Of a DNA stretch of 51,994 nt, positions 35,702-46,972 are shown piece after piece. Positions within the stretch are counted from its first letter, which is position 1, and the number at the start of each line of letters is the position of its first letter. This stretch comes from an uncultured Nitrospinaceae bacterium (GTDB lineage Bacteria; UBA8248): positions 1-51,994 of the forward strand of contig CAYTSP010000070.1 of NCBI GenBank assembly GCA_964440505.1, written 5' to 3'. The notes below the pieces were generated by a model, which did no database searches, had not been told where the DNA came from, and worked only from the letters and a program-made list of their open reading frames with translations. The translations under genes were made by a program, and so were the position numbers.

Positions 35702-36705
35702 GATTCTAATTCACCAATCCTTTTTTCGAGTTCATTCACTCTCTCCGACAACCTCGGCAAATTCCTCAAAACCGCGATTCGCCTGCGCGCATCACGAATT
35801 TCCGTCGCAGGAGTGTGCAGATACATTTTCCCGCCCTCCAGACTCTTCAGCACGCCGGTATCGGCTCCCAGTTTCGCCCCATCACCAATTTCGAGATGAT
35901 CCGCTACCCCGGCACGGCCGCCCATCATGACGCCCCGCCCAATTTTCACGCTACCCGAGATACCGACCTGGCTCGCTAATATACAATCCTCCCCAATCAC
36001 AACATTGTGCGCAATTTGCACCAGATTGTCGATTTTCGTGCCGCGTCCGATTCTCGTTTCCCTCAACGTAGCGCGGTCAATCGTGCTGTTCGCGCCGATC
36101 TCCACGTCGTCTTCAATGACGACCCTGCCCGTTTGCGGGTATTTGAAAATACGTCCCTCCTCATCGGGAATATAACCAAACCCATCTGCTCCGACGACGA
36201 CTCCCGCATGGAGGATCACCCGGGACCCTATCTCTACATCAGCGTACAAAACACAATTCGGGTATATATGACATTCAGAGCCTATCCTCACATTTTGGTC
36301 GATATGGACACCCGGCCCGACATAGGAACCGTCCCCTACCACAGCACCACCGGCAAGAGATGCAAATGGCCCTACATACACACCATCTCCCACACAGGCC
36401 GTTTCGGAGATACTGGCGCTGGCGTCAATTCCCGGCTGGAATTTTCGGGGTGGTCGAAACAGTGAAACCGCGCGAGCGAAAAACAAACGAGGATTTTTCG
36501 TAGAAATACCTGGACGGCCAATTTCCACACCCTGAGGAACGATGAGGGCGCCCGCATCAGAATGCGTGTTCAGTTTTTTCGCCGACTCCACATAACTCAA
36601 ATCTGTCGGTGAGGCCTCTTCATAAGCAGCTACATCTTGCAGATCTACGTTCCCGTCACCGATCAATTCCCCGCCAAGCAGATTTGCGATGTCTGCGAGA
36701 AGCAT
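35698..36705 (-). CDS. lpxD: UDP-3-O-(3-hydroxyacyl)glucosamine N-acyltransferase
   Basis: [42 protein letters not shown]. Confidence 0.95.
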   Translation of the reverse strand: MLLADIANLLGGELIGDGNVDLQDVAAYEEASPTDLSYVESAKKLNTHSDAGALIVPQGVEIGRPGISTKNPRLFFARAVSLFRPPRKFQPGIDASASISETACVGDGVYVGPFASLAGGAVVGDGSYVGPGVHIDQNVRIGSECHIYPNCVLYADVEIGSRVILHAGVVVGADGFGYIPDEEGRIFKYPQTGRVVIEDDVEIGANSTIDRATLRETRIGRGTKIDNLVQIAHNVVIGEDCILASQVGISGSVKIGRGVMMGGRAGVADHLEIGDGAKLGADTGVLKSLEGGKMYLHTPATEIRDARRRIAVLRNLPRLSERVNELEKRIGELES

Positions 36706-36706
36706 T

Positions 36707-37285
36707 TTATTTCTTCTTCTGGTCGTATAGCTTGATCACCCTCTCTGTGAGATCTACTCTCGGGTTGACGAACAAAACGCCGCCGGATGCATTGTCCACA
36801 ATGACATCCAAATCTTCTTTCTTCCCGATCTCCTCAACAATGCTGCGAACTTCTTTCAAAACCTTCTCCGTGGCTATTCTTCGGCGATCTTGCAGGTCTC
36901 GCTCGCTCTCTCGCACCAATCGCCTCAAATTGTCCTGCTCGCGCGCGAGCTCCCTTCTTTGGGAACGCAAATCGAACGACTTGCGCTCTTTTTCCTCCTG
37001 GCGCCAAACCCCGCTTTTCTGCTCGATCTCCACCTGCAAATCCCGCGCCTTGTTCGCAAGTATGCTCAATTCGTCGCGCCTTTTCCGAATCGCGCTTTGA
37101 AGCCTGTTCCTCTCCCTTTCCAAAGACGAGCTCGCGGCGCGTCCGCCTCTTGAAGTCTGTAATACGCGCTGAATATTGACGACGCCGTATTTCACACTTG
37201 CCGATTCCACATGGCCTACATGTGCAAATGTGAAAAATACCGAAAGGAGCAAAATAGATGGGCCATGCCGCCTCACGTCAAACAT
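36707..37285 (-). CDS. skp: Periplasmic chaperone Skp/OmpH
   Basis: Signal peptide, [11 protein letters not shown], long coiled coil, [15 protein letters not shown]; located between bamA and lpxD. Start may be GTG 37276. Confidence 0.88.
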   Translation of the reverse strand: MFDVRRHGPSILLLSVFFTFAHVGHVESASVKYGVVNIQRVLQTSRGGRAASSSLERERNRLQSAIRKRRDELSILANKARDLQVEIEQKSGVWRQEEKERKSFDLRSQRRELAREQDNLRRLVRESERDLQDRRRIATEKVLKEVRSIVEEIGKKEDLDVIVDNASGGVLFVNPRVDLTERVIKLYDQKKK

Positions 37286-37335
37286 CCTCCATCCCTAAGA
37301 CAATATCGACTCAAATGCTGCTAACTCGAATACTG

Positions 37336-39651
37336 CTAAAACGCAGCACCGATCCCCAGATGCGCTTCTCTTCTGCGCTCGTTCTCTTTTCTGTCCAGCT
37401 TGTATCCGATATCGAGCCGCATGGGGCCGATTGGCGTCACGATGCGCAAACCGATTCCGGCGCCGTATCTCAATTCTCCGAAATCGAAGGCCTTATCCTC
37501 ATCCCAGATGTTTCCCATATCAAAGAAAACCGCGACTTGAGTCGGGCCGATGAAAGGATGCGTCAATTCAACAGAGCCGAGAGCGGCGGAAAATCCACCT
37601 ATGGCTTCGCCCTGCATATCCTTCGGCCCCAGGTCGCTGGAAGTGAAACCCCGAACGGTATGCTTTCTGGTGGCGTACAAACGGCGGAACGCGGGAACTT
37701 CGCCCTTGAGTGAGTCGACGTAGCGGACAGTACCCCTCAAACTCAAAACCAAATCCCGTAAAATGCGGATCCGGAAACGCTCCCCGATGTTATGATATTG
37801 CCTGAACTCTGCTTCTGCGGTGAGAACGTCGACGTTTCCGCCCAACACCGACGAAGAAATCGTGGAGGCGATGCTCCAGTAAGTGCCATCCGTCGGGAAA
37901 ACGGGTCTGTTCAGGCTATCGTAGACCAGCCTCGGAATGATGCTGCTTTCGAGAAAAGTTTCTCCTTCCTGCTCGAGAATCGTGGTTATCGCATTGTCGG
38001 AAACGTTGCTGATTTCCGATTCCGCAATCTCATAAGAGATGAATGCTCTCAAGAACTCCTGAAATTCCTTGCCAACCGTTATTCGGCCACCCTGTCTTTG
38101 GTTATCAAAAGTTTCATATTCCTGATCGACAAAAAACAGGCTTCCCCCAAGCGAGTATCCTGAATCCCTGAAATTGGGATCAAAGAATTCCGTTATCAAA
38201 TCAAAGCGATCGGAAGAAATTCTGGTGAATATTGAAGCAACCAAACCCTTACCGAATAAATTCGACTCTCTTAATTCAGCTTGCCCGTAAACACCCTCGT
38301 CGCTGTTGATACCGACACCACCTGTAATGGAGCCGGTCGGTTTCTCCTTCACCTCAATCTCGACGTCGAGTATTTCATCGCTCCCAGGGCGACGTTTTTC
38401 AACGACTTTCACCGTTTCAAAATAATTCTTCCGAACGAGCCGCTTGCGTGTTAAATCCAATCCTCTCTTGCTGTACAGAGACCCCTCGATAACGCGAACA
38501 TCTCGACGAATTACATTCTCACGAGTGCGGGTGTTGCCTTTTACCCCCACTTTTCCAATGTATACTCTACGCCCTTTATTGATTCGTACAGTAAGGTCGA
38601 CCGTTTTCTTATTGTCGTCTGTTTTCGTGAAACTATTGACATCTACGAACGCATAGCCACGGTTCGAAAATTGATTCGTTATCGCTTGCACATCAGAGAG
38701 CAAGCGGGTTTTATTGAAAACATCGCCGACAAAAAGAAGCATCTTCTTTCTTATCTCTTCCTGGGGGATAACATCCTCTCCACCGCGTATATCAATTTTC
38801 GCGATTCTGTAGCGCAAACCTTCGCTAATGGGGATCGTTATATATATCCGGCCTCTTTCTCGCTCCTCGCGAATAACGGGCTGCCCGACCTGAACTTTTG
38901 CGTATCCGCGACTCTCATACAATAAGCGAATTCGCACCAAATCCCTTTGTAGTTCATCCTCGTTAAAAATCCCCGAGCTTGTAATAAAAGAGAAAATACC
39001 CTTTTCGCTGGTTTCCATGGCTTTGAGCAAATCCCTTTTCGAGACATTTTCGTTGCCTTCAAAATTGATTGCTCCGATGCTTACGCTTTCACCCTCATCT
39101 ATCACGAACGTGACGGCCACCGTGTTCTGGCCGCTTTCTTTCAGAACAGCTTCTATGCGTGCGAAATAATAGCCGCTTTCCTGATATAGTTTTCGGATAT
39201 TCCGGACAGTTTCTTTAAGGATGGACTCGCTGACAATGGTTTGAACTTTGACTGTGATACGCTCGCGGATTTTTTCGAGGTCTAATTTGCTGTTTCCAAT
39301 GATCTCAATCTGGTTGATCGTGGGTTTTTCGCTGAGTTGATAAATAACGCGGAGCCCCCCTTCAAGAGACTCCACCTGAACTTTCACATCCCGGAAAAAT
39401 CCCAGTTTGTATATGGCTCGGACATCCGCGCGGGTTTGCTTGACCAATTCTGTGTTGGTGTAGTTTTGTCCCTCTTTCAGCCGAACGTAAAAAAGAACCG
39501 TGGAACGATCAACCCGGCGATTCCCCTTAACTTCAATAGCCCGTACCGTGATGGCCGGTGAAGCCGACTGCCCTATCGCCTCATGAGAAGCGGCAACAAG
39601 AAACAGGAAGGCCAAAACGGCGCAGGCCGACACCTTCGCCGCACAACGCAT
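37336..39651 (-). CDS. bamA: Outer membrane protein assembly factor BamA
   Basis: Repeated POTRA motifs (IEVKGN, IEIIGN, INFEGN, GNTRTRENVIRR), EKPTGS, VRGF, TPIGPMRLD, C-terminal Phe. Start moved to ATG 39651. Confidence 0.95.
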   Translation of the reverse strand: MRCAAKVSACAVLAFLFLVAASHEAIGQSASPAITVRAIEVKGNRRVDRSTVLFYVRLKEGQNYTNTELVKQTRADVRAIYKLGFFRDVKVQVESLEGGLRVIYQLSEKPTINQIEIIGNSKLDLEKIRERITVKVQTIVSESILKETVRNIRKLYQESGYYFARIEAVLKESGQNTVAVTFVIDEGESVSIGAINFEGNENVSKRDLLKAMETSEKGIFSFITSSGIFNEDELQRDLVRIRLLYESRGYAKVQVGQPVIREERERGRIYITIPISEGLRYRIAKIDIRGGEDVIPQEEIRKKMLLFVGDVFNKTRLLSDVQAITNQFSNRGYAFVDVNSFTKTDDNKKTVDLTVRINKGRRVYIGKVGVKGNTRTRENVIRRDVRVIEGSLYSKRGLDLTRKRLVRKNYFETVKVVEKRRPGSDEILDVEIEVKEKPTGSITGGVGINSDEGVYGQAELRESNLFGKGLVASIFTRISSDRFDLITEFFDPNFRDSGYSLGGSLFFVDQEYETFDNQRQGGRITVGKEFQEFLRAFISYEIAESEISNVSDNAITTILEQEGETFLESSIIPRLVYDSLNRPVFPTDGTYWSIASTISSSVLGGNVDVLTAEAEFRQYHNIGERFRIRILRDLVLSLRGTVRYVDSLKGEVPAFRRLYATRKHTVRGFTSSDLGPKDMQGEAIGGFSAALGSVELTHPFIGPTQVAVFFDMGNIWDEDKAFDFGELRYGAGIGLRIVTPIGPMRLDIGYKLDRKENERRREAHLGIGAAF

Positions 39652-39706
39652 AAGACCACCCCCTGAGAAAAAAGGGGAAACAAGTTTCAATTTTTTTTCA
39701 ATGAAA

Positions 39707-42151
39707 CTATAGGTCTTGGACACTGAGCACTTCCGTGTCTTCTTTCAGTTCGAATACCAATTCATCCCCAGCCAACTTCGCCAGGATCGTTCCCCCATCC
39801 TGGAATTTACCATGCAGAACTTCTTCGCTGAGGGTATCTTCTATGTGTCTTTGGATGACGCGACGCAGAGGCCTCGCCCCATAAGCCGGCTCAAACCCCT
39901 GTTTGGCAAGCCAGTCCTTGGCTTCGTCGCTCAGTTCAATCGTCATTTCCTTTTCGCTCAGCGTCTCGTTGACTTTGGCTATTTCGATATCCACGATTTT
40001 CAGGATGTCTTCATGGGTCAATGGCCGGAAGATGATGACGTCATCAATCCGGTTCAGAAACTCAGGATTGAAGGTGCGCTTCAACTCATCACGAATACTG
40101 TCCTTCATCTTGTCGAATCCGAGGCCCGTGTCCACCTTCTGGAAGCCGAGGGATGTCCCTTTCTCGATGGCACGCGCCGCCAAATTCGAAGTCATGATGA
40201 TGATGGTGTTCTTGAAGTCTATGTTGCGGCCATAGCTGTCCGTGAGGAGACCATCGTCCATCACTTGCAGCAAGACGTGGTAGACATCGGGGTGCGCCTT
40301 CTCGATTTCATCGAGCAGCACGACGGAATAAGGCTTTCTGCGAACACGCTCGGTGAGTTGTCCGCCCTCTTCATAACCGACATATCCAGGAGGCGCTCCG
40401 GTGAGGCGGGAGACGTTGAATCTCTCCATGTATTCGCTCATATCAATGCGAATGAGGGCGCCGGGGTCGCCGAACATGAACTGAGCGAGCATTCTGGCCA
40501 TTTCGGTCTTGCCCACACCCGTGGGACCCAGGAACAAGAAACTGCCGATCGGGCGTTTCGGCCCCTTCAGGCCCGCTCGCGCCCGGCGAACCGCCTTCGT
40601 CAAGACACGCGTGGCTTCTTCTTGCCCGATGATGTGGCCATTCAACTCCTCTTCCATCCGAAGAAGACGTTCGTTCTCCACTTCTCCGATACGCTGCAGC
40701 GGAATCCCGGTCATCCGGCTGACCACATAGGCCACATCCTCGTCGGTGACAAACGGTTCTTCATCCGTTTGACCCGCTTCCCATTCCGTTTTCAACTCGT
40801 CGAGTCTGCTCCTGTCCTGCTCTTCCTGATCGCGCAACTCGACGGCCTTTTCAAAATCCTGTTTCTCGATCATGTCTTTTTTGGTGCGAACCGTTTCTTC
40901 AATTTGGCGCTGAAGATCCCGAATGTTGGTCGGGAAAGTTTCTTTCTCGAGACGAACCTTGCTGCACGCCTCATCAATGACGTCTATCGCCTTATCCGGC
41001 AAGAAGCGATCCGATACGTATTGGGACGACAAGCGAACGGCGGAGACAAGCGCGTCATCCGTCAATTGCGCGCGATGGTGTTTTTCATACTTGTCTCTCA
41101 GGCCCTTCAGTATGCTGACCGTATCATCCACGGACGGCGGATCCACCATGACAGTCTGGAAGCGACGCTCCAGAGCGCCGTTTTTCTCGATGTACTTTCG
41201 ATACTCATCAAGCGTGGTGGCGCCGATGCACTGGACTTCACCGCGGCTGAGTGCGGGCTTCAGCATGTTTGAAGCATCAATCGAGCCTTCCGCCGCGCCC
41301 GCGCCCACCAATGTATGCAACTCATCGATGAAGATAATCACATCCTGGCTCTGCGTGATCTCCTTCATGATGGCTTTCAGGCGCGCCTCGAACTGTCCGC
41401 GGTATTTCGTTCCCGCCACCAAAGCGCCCAGATCAAGCTGAACCACGCGCTTGTTGTACAAAATCTGGGGAACTTCCTTGGACATAATCGATTGAGCCAA
41501 ACCCTCGACGATCGCCGTTTTTCCGACGCCGGGCTCTCCAATCAGGACGGGGTTGTTTTTCGTCCTTCTCGCGAGAATCTGTATGACGCGCTCTATCTCC
41601 TGCTCCCGCCCGATGACGGGATCGAGTTTCCCCTCATCCGCGAACTCCGTGAGGTCACGTCCAAATTCATCGAGCGCGGGCGTCTTGCTCTTCTCGCGAG
41701 AACGGGCAGCCACCGGTTCCCTGAGGAGATTGATGGTCTGCTCTCGCGTTTGCTGGAGCTTCACGCCAAAGCTGGCCAGAATTTTCGCCGCCAATCCGTC
41801 TTTCTCTCTGACGATACCCAACAACAGATGTTCGGTGCCGATATAGTTGTGGCCCATCAGCCGGGCCTCTTCGACGGCGTATTCAAGTACTTTTTTCGCC
41901 TTCGGGGTAAACGGAATATCCCCTTCCACGGGGCCGCTCAAACTCTTGGGCAAGTTGCGTTCAAGTTCCAGGCGAAGCTGTTTGGGGTCAACCCCCAGCT
42001 TCTGCAAAACGGCGATGGCGATTCCGCCTCCGTCCTTCAGCACGCCGAGCAGTATGTGTTCGGTTCCCAGATATTCGTGCCGGTAGTGTTCCGCTTCTTC
42101 TCTGGCCAGGATAATGACTTTACGGGCGCGCTCGGTGAATCGCTTGAACAT
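39707..42151 (-). CDS. clpC: ATP-dependent Clp protease ATPase ClpC
   Basis: Double N-terminal repeat (FTERARKV...GTEH twice), two AAA+ modules ([16 protein letters not shown]), short UVR middle domain ([13 protein letters not shown]), LGF ClpP-docking loop. Confidence 0.93.
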   Translation of the reverse strand: MFKRFTERARKVIILAREEAEHYRHEYLGTEHILLGVLKDGGGIAIAVLQKLGVDPKQLRLELERNLPKSLSGPVEGDIPFTPKAKKVLEYAVEEARLMGHNYIGTEHLLLGIVREKDGLAAKILASFGVKLQQTREQTINLLREPVAARSREKSKTPALDEFGRDLTEFADEGKLDPVIGREQEIERVIQILARRTKNNPVLIGEPGVGKTAIVEGLAQSIMSKEVPQILYNKRVVQLDLGALVAGTKYRGQFEARLKAIMKEITQSQDVIIFIDELHTLVGAGAAEGSIDASNMLKPALSRGEVQCIGATTLDEYRKYIEKNGALERRFQTVMVDPPSVDDTVSILKGLRDKYEKHHRAQLTDDALVSAVRLSSQYVSDRFLPDKAIDVIDEACSKVRLEKETFPTNIRDLQRQIEETVRTKKDMIEKQDFEKAVELRDQEEQDRSRLDELKTEWEAGQTDEEPFVTDEDVAYVVSRMTGIPLQRIGEVENERLLRMEEELNGHIIGQEEATRVLTKAVRRARAGLKGPKRPIGSFLFLGPTGVGKTEMARMLAQFMFGDPGALIRIDMSEYMERFNVSRLTGAPPGYVGYEEGGQLTERVRRKPYSVVLLDEIEKAHPDVYHVLLQVMDDGLLTDSYGRNIDFKNTIIIMTSNLAARAIEKGTSLGFQKVDTGLGFDKMKDSIRDELKRTFNPEFLNRIDDVIIFRPLTHEDILKIVDIEIAKVNETLSEKEMTIELSDEAKDWLAKQGFEPAYGARPLRRVIQRHIEDTLSEEVLHGKFQDGGTILAKLAGDELVFELKEDTEVLSVQDL

Positions 42152-42161
42152 ACGGCCCTCC

Positions 42162-42896
42162 TTACTTTTTATGAGCTATTTTTCCGTCCACCACGGCGAT
42201 CACACGATCCATTCTTTCCGCCATCGAACTATTGTGCGTCGCCACCAAAATCGTTTGTCTGCTTCTCTCGTTAATTTCTCGAAGCAATTCAAAGATCGTT
42301 TCCGCGGTCGATGAATCCAGATTCCCCGTTGGTTCATCCGCCAGCACCACAGAAGGATTGTTAATTAACGCGCGGGCAATAGCAACCCTTTGTTGCTCAC
42401 CGCCTGAAAGTTCTCCAGGCCGATGATTCCATCTATCGGCCAACCCTATCCGGCTCAACAATTCCTTCGCCTGCTCCTCCACCTCTTTTTTCCGGGCGCC
42501 ATGAAGCAACCCGGGTATCATAACATTTTCCAGCCCGGAAAACTCCGGCAGCAAGTGATGAAACTGGAACACAAAACCCACATACTGATTTCTCAATCGG
42601 GCCAATTCGGCTTCTGAACAATCAGAGAGGCTTTTGCCCTCCAGAATCACTTCGCCTTTCGTCGGTCTGTCGAGCGCTCCCAATAGATGGAGCAAGGTGG
42701 TTTTCCCCGCTCCGGAAACCCCCATGACGGCCACCATCTCCCCATGACCAACTTCGAGATCGACCCCGCTCAGAGCCATCACCACGCCGCTGCCCATGGG
42801 GTATGATTTTTCCAGTCCCCTGGTGACGATGACCTGCGGCAACACACCCTCTGGTGAAGCAGACTCACTCATCTCCAATGTGCCCGAATCAACCAT
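42162..42896 (-). CDS. lolD: Lipoprotein-releasing ABC transporter ATPase
   Basis: GVSGAGKTT, GFVFQFHHLLPEF, LSGGEQQRVAIARAL, ADEPTGNLD; follows lolC/E. Confidence 0.92.
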   Translation of the reverse strand: MVDSGTLEMSESASPEGVLPQVIVTRGLEKSYPMGSGVVMALSGVDLEVGHGEMVAVMGVSGAGKTTLLHLLGALDRPTKGEVILEGKSLSDCSEAELARLRNQYVGFVFQFHHLLPEFSGLENVMIPGLLHGARKKEVEEQAKELLSRIGLADRWNHRPGELSGGEQQRVAIARALINNPSVVLADEPTGNLDSSTAETIFELLREINERSRQTILVATHNSSMAERMDRVIAVVDGKIAHKK

Positions 42897-44151
42897 AACG
42901 GAGATTTTCTACCGGATCGACGCGAGAAGCTCGCCATGCTGGATAAAGTGTCGCCGCCAAACAGATAATGAAAGCAACCACTGCAGTAACAGATACATCA
43001 AATGGCGTCATCTGCACCGGTAATTTCTCTATATGGTAAACGCTGGGCGGTAGTATGTCCAGACCAAAGACGCGTTCCAGGAAATCCTCAACGATATGGA
43101 GATTCCACCCCAGAACGAGTCCTCCGCCGGTTCCCAAAACAGCGCCCAACAGACCTATGAAAGCGCCTTGAACGAAGAATATCCTTAGGATTGCGCCGCT
43201 CGTAGCCCCCATCGACTTCAAGATCGCGATTTCACGCCCTTTCTCCATCACCACCATGACCAGAGAACCGATGATGTTGAAAGCGGCCACAACCACGACG
43301 AGGAGGAGAAGGATGGTGAGCGTGGTTTTTTCCGTTTTCAGCGCGGAAAACAGGTTGCGATTCATTTCCTGCCAGGAGCGCGACAAATACGCCCCCGAAA
43401 GCGTTCCCTGAATTTTGCGGGCAATGCGCTCTGCCGAGAAAATGTCCTTCACGCGCAGATGCACCCCCGTCACGGATTTGCCGAATCCGAAGAATGCCTG
43501 GCTTTCTTTCATCGAGATAAACGAGAGTCCGGCATCGTACTGATAAAAACCGCTGCGGAAGATTCCCACTATCTGAAACTTTTTCGTCCGGGGCACCAGG
43601 CCCATCGGCGTAACCACCCCCACGGGGCTGACCATCGTCACCGTGTCACCCTCTTTGAGGTGCAAGTTCTTCGCGAGTTCGGCCCCGATGATGATGCCGG
43701 GCCTGCCCCCGCTGTTTTTCTCCAGAATCTTTTTCAACGCACCATCCTTCAGGTATCTTCTGATGTCCGTCACGTCGATTTCCCGATCCGGAACGATGCC
43801 GCGCACCACCGCACCCAACACACGGTTCTTGAACGAGAACATCGCCTGCCCATAAACGAAAGGACTCGCCGCCACCACGCCCTCATGATCGCGCGCCTTC
43901 TGCAAGACATCGCGCCATTCGCGCATCAGGGTAGCGCCTGACCTCGTGATGACGATATGACTCTGCGTGCCCAGTATCTTGTCGCGGAATTCGCGCTGAA
44001 ACCCGGTCATCACTCCCACGACGACGATGAGGGTGGCCACGCCAAGCGCGATGCCCAGCACGGATATCCAGGTGGTGAGCGAGACAAAGGCGAGTTTGCT
44101 CCGCGAGCGCAAATGCCTGAAGCCGATGAACAGTTCCGTGGAATAAGACAT
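42889..44151 (-). CDS. Lipoprotein-releasing ABC transporter permease (single LolC/E, LolF-type arrangement)
   Basis: ISVLGIALGVATLIVV..VMTGF, SW..MNRNLF.AL..EK, VAAFNI, EIAILKSMGA, ATLYPAWRAS. Confidence 0.92.
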   Translation of the reverse strand: MSYSTELFIGFRHLRSRSKLAFVSLTTWISVLGIALGVATLIVVVGVMTGFQREFRDKILGTQSHIVITRSGATLMREWRDVLQKARDHEGVVAASPFVYGQAMFSFKNRVLGAVVRGIVPDREIDVTDIRRYLKDGALKKILEKNSGGRPGIIIGAELAKNLHLKEGDTVTMVSPVGVVTPMGLVPRTKKFQIVGIFRSGFYQYDAGLSFISMKESQAFFGFGKSVTGVHLRVKDIFSAERIARKIQGTLSGAYLSRSWQEMNRNLFSALKTEKTTLTILLLLVVVVAAFNIIGSLVMVVMEKGREIAILKSMGATSGAILRIFFVQGAFIGLLGAVLGTGGGLVLGWNLHIVEDFLERVFGLDILPPSVYHIEKLPVQMTPFDVSVTAVVAFIICLAATLYPAWRASRVDPVENLRYG

Positions 44152-44153
44152 TT

Positions 44154-45740
44154 TCAGTCCTGGTGTTTGCGCAGCAGGGGGAAAAGGATGACGTCCCGGA
44201 TCGAATGCGTATTCGTCAGCAGCATCGCGAGCCTGTCGATCCCGATCCCCTCGCCGGCCGTAGGCGGCAGGCCGTATTCCAGGGCCGTCAGATAGTCCCA
44301 GTCGATCTCATGGGCTTCCTCGTCGCCGGCCTCTCTCTTCGCGTCTTGCTGCTCGAATCGCGCGCGCTGATCGTCCGGATCATTCAACTCCGTATAGGCG
44401 TTGGCGATCTCGCGCCCGGCGATGATGAGTTCAAACCGCTCTACGATATCAGGGTCGTCTTCCCTGCTCTTGGACAACGGTGAAAGGGCTTTGGGGAAAT
44501 CATAGACGAACGTGGGCTGCCTGAGCTTCGGCTCCACCAGTTCCTCGAACAGATACTCCAGGATGTGCACGTGGCTCATATCATCCGGTATGGGATACCC
44601 CTTGGGTTCAGCGATTTTCCTCGCGAAAAGGCGGGCTTTCCCCTGGTCTTCCAATACGTCGTCCGGCGCCCCGCCTACCGCCACGATGGAGTCATGCCAT
44701 TCATACCGCGCCCAGGGCGGCTGAAACGAGATTTCCTCGTCCCCGTATTTCAAGGCGTCATCACCCAAAATCTCCCGGGCCAGCGACGCCAGCATCTTTT
44801 CCGTCAAAGCCATCAAGTCGTTATAGTCCGCATACGCCATATAGAATTCCAGCATGGTGAATTCGGGGTTGTGCTGTGTGGATATGCCTTCATTCCTGAA
44901 ATTGCGGTTGATTTCGTAGACGCGATCCATCCCTCCCACAACCAGGCGCTTGAGGTAGAGCTCGGGCGCCACGCGGAGAAACAAAGGCATTTCCAGGGTA
45001 TTGTGGTAGGTGGTGAACGGTCTGGCCGTCGCCCCGCCGGCGATGGCCTGCATCATCGGGGTTTCGACCTCGATAAAATTCAGATCATCCAGAAAGCGGC
45101 GCATCGACTGAATCATCCGGGTGCGCACCCGGAACACTTCGACCACCTCCGGGTTTGCGATCAAATCCACATACCGCTGCCGGTAGCGGGCCTCCACGTT
45201 TCTCAGACCATGCCACTTTTCCGGCAAGGGCCGCAAACTTTTCGTCAGGAGGCTTATCCGGCGGACCCAGATGGAAAGCTCGCCCATCCTCGTTCGGAAC
45301 ACCCCGCCCTCCGCCCCGACGATATCGCCGATGTCGAGATCCCTGGCGGATTGAAAAGCCTCCTCGCCGATCTCGTTCATCCGGATGAACAGCTGGATCT
45401 GTCCCGTACCGTCCCGCAGATCGACAAAGGCGACTTTCCCCTGAACCCGCTTGGCGATGATCCTCCCCGCCACGGAAAAGTTCGCCTCTTTCGCTTCATC
45501 GAACCCATCCGCCGGCACATCACGGAATTCCCCGACGATGACGCCAATCTGGTGCGTCGTCGAAAACCGGTTCACGAAGGGATTGGCTCCTGACGCGCGA
45601 ATCCCTTCGAGCTTCTTTCTCCGCTGCTGCGTCAGAATGTTTTCATCGGCCCGCTCATCCGGCGGCGATGACGTTTCATCCGCCACGGGGGTGTTCCTCC
45701 CATGCTCTCTTTCTGCGTTCATAGAACGTGATTTCCCCAT
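44154..45740 (-). CDS. lysS: Lysine--tRNA ligase (class II)
   Basis: [43 protein letters not shown]...[15 protein letters not shown]. Confidence 0.97.
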   Translation of the reverse strand: MGKSRSMNAEREHGRNTPVADETSSPPDERADENILTQQRRKKLEGIRASGANPFVNRFSTTHQIGVIVGEFRDVPADGFDEAKEANFSVAGRIIAKRVQGKVAFVDLRDGTGQIQLFIRMNEIGEEAFQSARDLDIGDIVGAEGGVFRTRMGELSIWVRRISLLTKSLRPLPEKWHGLRNVEARYRQRYVDLIANPEVVEVFRVRTRMIQSMRRFLDDLNFIEVETPMMQAIAGGATARPFTTYHNTLEMPLFLRVAPELYLKRLVVGGMDRVYEINRNFRNEGISTQHNPEFTMLEFYMAYADYNDLMALTEKMLASLAREILGDDALKYGDEEISFQPPWARYEWHDSIVAVGGAPDDVLEDQGKARLFARKIAEPKGYPIPDDMSHVHILEYLFEELVEPKLRQPTFVYDFPKALSPLSKSREDDPDIVERFELIIAGREIANAYTELNDPDDQRARFEQQDAKREAGDEEAHEIDWDYLTALEYGLPPTAGEGIGIDRLAMLLTNTHSIRDVILFPLLRKHQD

Positions 45741-45769
45741 TCGCTTCCATCTGGTTCAGCCGGCGGCGA

Positions 45770-46892
45770 TTACGCGCGCGCATTCGCCTTCTCCTGTATC
45801 AATGTGAGGAGATAGGCGTCAATGAACTCGTCGATATTCCCGTCCAATACGGCGTTCACGTCCGAGCGTTCCACGTCCGTTCGGTGATCCTTCACCATCC
45901 GGTACGGGTGCAGGGTATAGGAACGAATCTGGCTCCCGAACCCGATGGTTTTCTTCATTGCGTGCTGCGCTTCTTTTTCCTCGTCCCGCTTTCGTTTCTC
46001 CATTTCGTACAACTGGCCGCGCAGCAGCTTCATGGCCGTCGCGCGATTCTTGTGCTGGCTTCTCTCGTTCTGGCATGAGACCACGATGCCCGTGGGCATG
46101 TGCGTAATCCTTACCGCGGAATCCGTGGTGTTCACATGCTGGCCGCCGGCGCCCGAACTCCTGAACACGTCGATGCGCAAATCGTTCTCATCGATCTCGA
46201 TTTCCACGTCATCCGACACCTCGGGAACGACGTCCACGGAAGCGAAAGAGGTGTGCCTCTTCGCACTGGCGTCGAAAGGTGAAATCCGTATCAAGCGATG
46301 CACGCCGACTTCCGCCCGGAGATACCCGTAGGCATAGTCCCCCTGGATGATCAGGGTAGCGTTTTTGATGCCGGCCTCATCCCCTCCGAGTATGGAAACG
46401 AGGCGCGCCTGATATCCCTTCTCCTCCGCCCATCTCGTGTACATGCGAAAGAGCATTTCGGCCCAATCCTGGCTTTCGACGCCGCCTGCCCCTGCATTCA
46501 CGGAGAGAATGGCACCTGCCCTGTCTTCCTCGGAATCCATGACCAAATGGAACTCCAGACGCTCTATCTCCCTGAAAAGAGAGGAAAGAGCATTTTCGAT
46601 TTCGCTCAGGAGTTCCGATTCGGACGTTTCTTCCATCTGGATAATCTGGAGAAGCTCTTTCTGCTCGTTGAGTCTCCCGTTGAGGTTCTCCCAGTTGCGG
46701 ATCGTTTTTTCCAGCGAAGCGCGCCTTCTCAGCGTGTTTTGCGCGGCTTCAGGGTCGTTCCAGAAATCCTCTTCTCCGGCGAGTTTATCGAGTTTGGCGC
46801 ACTCCGCCTCCAATCGATCGAGGTCAAAGCCGCCCTCGCAGTTCAAGGAGGCGTGCCTCCAGTTGCTCACATTTCCTGCACAATTCTTCCAT
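45770..46892 (-). CDS. prfB: Peptide chain release factor 2, with programmed +1 frameshift at CTT-TGA-C (46823-46829)
   Basis: ATG 46892 after GGAG gives MEELCRKCEQLEARLLELRGRL-TGA. The +1 frame continues DLDRLEAEC... with the SPF (RISPFD) and GGQ motifs. SD-like GAGGG lies just before CTT TGA C. Confidence 0.95.
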
Positions 46893-46963
46893 CTACATCT
46901 CCAATCTTTCGAAATCGAACTTCATGACCTGCCGGCATGGAGTCCACCCGGGCGGTTCCGGCT

Positions 46964-46972
46964 ATCATATCA
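46964..46972 (-). promoter_or_regulatory. Candidate internal extended -10 promoter for prfB-lysS
   Basis: TGaTATGAT at the lnt stop codon, about 70 nt upstream of the prfB ATG. No consensus -35. Confidence 0.35.

Noticed and set aside
34475-36705. Apparent short periodic repeats in lpxA and lpxD
   Set aside because: These are the expected hexapeptide beta-helix coding repeats, not DNA repeat arrays.
39716-42274. Long plus-strand ORFs (518 aa and 319 aa) antisense to clpC
   Set aside because: Shadow ORFs produced by codon bias in a highly conserved gene; no motifs.
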